From Ophelia neglecta (Eukaryota): 64,000 nucleotides of DNA. Of this stretch, positions 61,901 to 64,000 are shown in pieces; position 1 is the first letter of the stretch, and each line of letters begins with the position of its first letter. The DNA lies in contig OZ260663.1 in the NCBI GenBank assembly GCA_965285935.1, forward strand, positions 104,470,001 to 104,534,000, written 5' to 3'. The notes under the pieces are model-generated. The model was given only the letters and a program-made list of their open reading frames with translations, was not told where the DNA came from and searched no databases. The position numbers were made by a program, and so were the translations under genes.

Positions 61901-64000
61901 ATACTGAATAGTGAATCTCGTATACATAATATAATTATATAAGCTTACCTGAAAGAAGTTTCAGTTGAACCAGACACAATGTGTACACTGTCAGTGGAAA
62001 TTAATTAACTATTGTTATAATGGCAACATGTATATGTGGGCTCAATGAAGTATCAAATAAGGTACTACAAGAAGAGGCATATGCTATAAAATGCTATGTC
62101 TAAACAGTGCCTACCTTTGATTCACAGTTTTTGATTGGGTCGCATCAGCCGAAGGTAAGTTACAACACAGTCGCCACGAGTCCAAAAATGATCGGAAGAG
62201 CGTCTGACGTCACATCGTAAGTTAACCACATTCCAAGCATGATTTATCATGTATAACAGAGCCTCCCTAGTTTGTTAGCATATGGCTAATATGGACATAA
62301 AAGGACATAATGGTTTGGTTGGAAACCTGAAATTTGGTCGATAAACAAGTATATGTATTCTTATTGCTCACTGCCCTTTAGGGATTCCTAAACTTACAAT
62401 ATCGACAGGTGGCAAGGCCATCGAAGCCCACTGATAGCAATTTCATTTATCAATACACATACACCAGGTTAACGTCTGACGGATCCCACTGGTGTGGACA
62501 TGTGGGATCTTTGAAAATCAAATGCGTGGACAACAATAAAACAATGGGCGTGTATCTTCCAAGAGTTATATAAAAATAAAATCATAGCATGACAGCATAG
62601 TACTCTCTATTAATGAGCTAGCTTATAGTTTTTTCATCAGAGAATATTGAAAAAAAGGCGGAGATGGATATCCGTAAAAAAAAGGCAGGGACCTTTTACA
62701 TCCTTCATTGGCGTTGTGATTAGTAAGACAATTTCATCTATACATTCTCAAATTATGAGTTAGCTTTAACCACAAGAGAGAAGCTAAGGGCATATTTTAT
62801 CGTTACGTTGACCCTGACTTGTTTGTTCTGTGCTCTGACTCGAAACCTGTTAAGCTCTTATTGCAAATGCTATTAATTGTAAACAGAAATACTTCTTTTA
62901 AAGCGATTGAACATACTCTGTATTAACCATATATCCAGCCGGATGCTCTGCCTTCAACAAAAAGAAAATCAATTATTTCAATCCATTTGGTCACTGGAAT
63001 AGTTTGACGATACATAGGTCAAATGAGTTTCACACGATTTCTTGCCAGTGACCAAATCAACATAATTTATTATTTCAGGCCAAATATGTACTTCTAATGG
63101 GGTTGTGATTAGTATAGAACAGTGTCGTGGCATCTTGAGTCCTTATTCAAGTCTAAAGACCTATTATTGGCGAAAAAAACTGCCAATATACAATCCTGAA
63201 ACACAACTGATATAAACCTAACACTATGTTTAAGTGAAATGGTGCTCTCTGGCCAAAGTGGCTCTATAAATGACAAATTCAAGTCAACTTTTTTTATTGC
63301 TCTATGAGATAAAAGTATACAGTCCTAAAAACTATTATAGATATATTTACCACACAGAACTAAGCGGAAACTTTATCTCTTAATTAAATGAGCATATTAC
63401 TTCAACACATCCACAATTCAACAACAGGAACAAACTTGGTTTATCACACCTCAACATTATTCCTAAACAGGAATGCCTTCAATAGTTGTTTTGAAATGTG
63501 CAAAAATACATTTATTCTCAATAACCTCACAGAAATAAAGTCACAGAGTTACCCCCTGAACCTAATAGCTTAAGTCGTTTATAGCTTTAGACGAAAAAAA
63601 AATAGTTAAAGGAACTCGCAATTTTGTAACATGTCTAGCGAAATACTGATGAAAGTCAACATTGACAATGAACAGCTCACCCATAATCTGGGGGTATTAA
63701 AAATAAAACATGTTGCAGCGTAAAAATACATCGTATACAAAGGCAGTGTGCTGAGTGCTCTAAAAAGACCATTTGTGTGAGCATAACGCTTAGACAAAGT
63801 TATTAGACGCTTCACCCTCATCTGGACCCTAAATAGCACCTATAGCGAACATTTGCTATGCCCGAAACCTCAATCCAACTGTTTAATAGAAATATAAATA
63901 TGAGTAATAAAGAGTAACACTGGTTTGTTGGTTAAGACATTTTTTCGCTTTACAAAGAATACTAATAGACATATAAGAAAGATGAAATTGGAGATTAATC

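Noticed and set aside
61945-62030. Donor-like site resembling the end of C's signal exon (fourth paralog?)
   Set aside because: No ATG-led hydrophobic signal sequence and no downstream EGF/lectin exons.

Overview
AT-rich eukaryotic (invertebrate, probably lophotrochozoan; inferred from gene content only) genomic DNA with GT-AG introns, so most entries in the ORF track are exon fragments or noise. The core is a minus-strand tandem cluster of three related receptor genes that I assembled by hand from splice sites and reading phase. Genes A (12697-25778, 26 exons, ~1164 aa) and B (29043-45117, 27 exons, ~1198 aa) encode receptor protein tyrosine phosphatases: signal peptide, EGF-like module, atypical F-type lectin domain, more Cys-rich EGF-like modules, FN3, TM, an intact D1 and a degenerate D2 PTP domain. 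Gene C (~49171-56446, ~470 aa) shares the N-terminal ectodomain but has a mucin-like stalk, a GxxxG TM and a short Tyr-motif tail with no phosphatase. The lectin exons of A and B differ strongly while neighbouring EGF and PTP exons are nearly identical. This looks like a diversifying paired-receptor system. Also present: an intronless class A GPCR (4756-5796), a GPCR fragment plus two orphan PTP-D2 exons between A and B, an intact L2-group LINE in an intron of B with the empty site visible in A, a TTAA/TIR non-autonomous DNA transposon, a decayed LINE RT, a G-rich nested minisatellite and a 273-bp tandem repeat. All gene models are manual predictions without transcript support.
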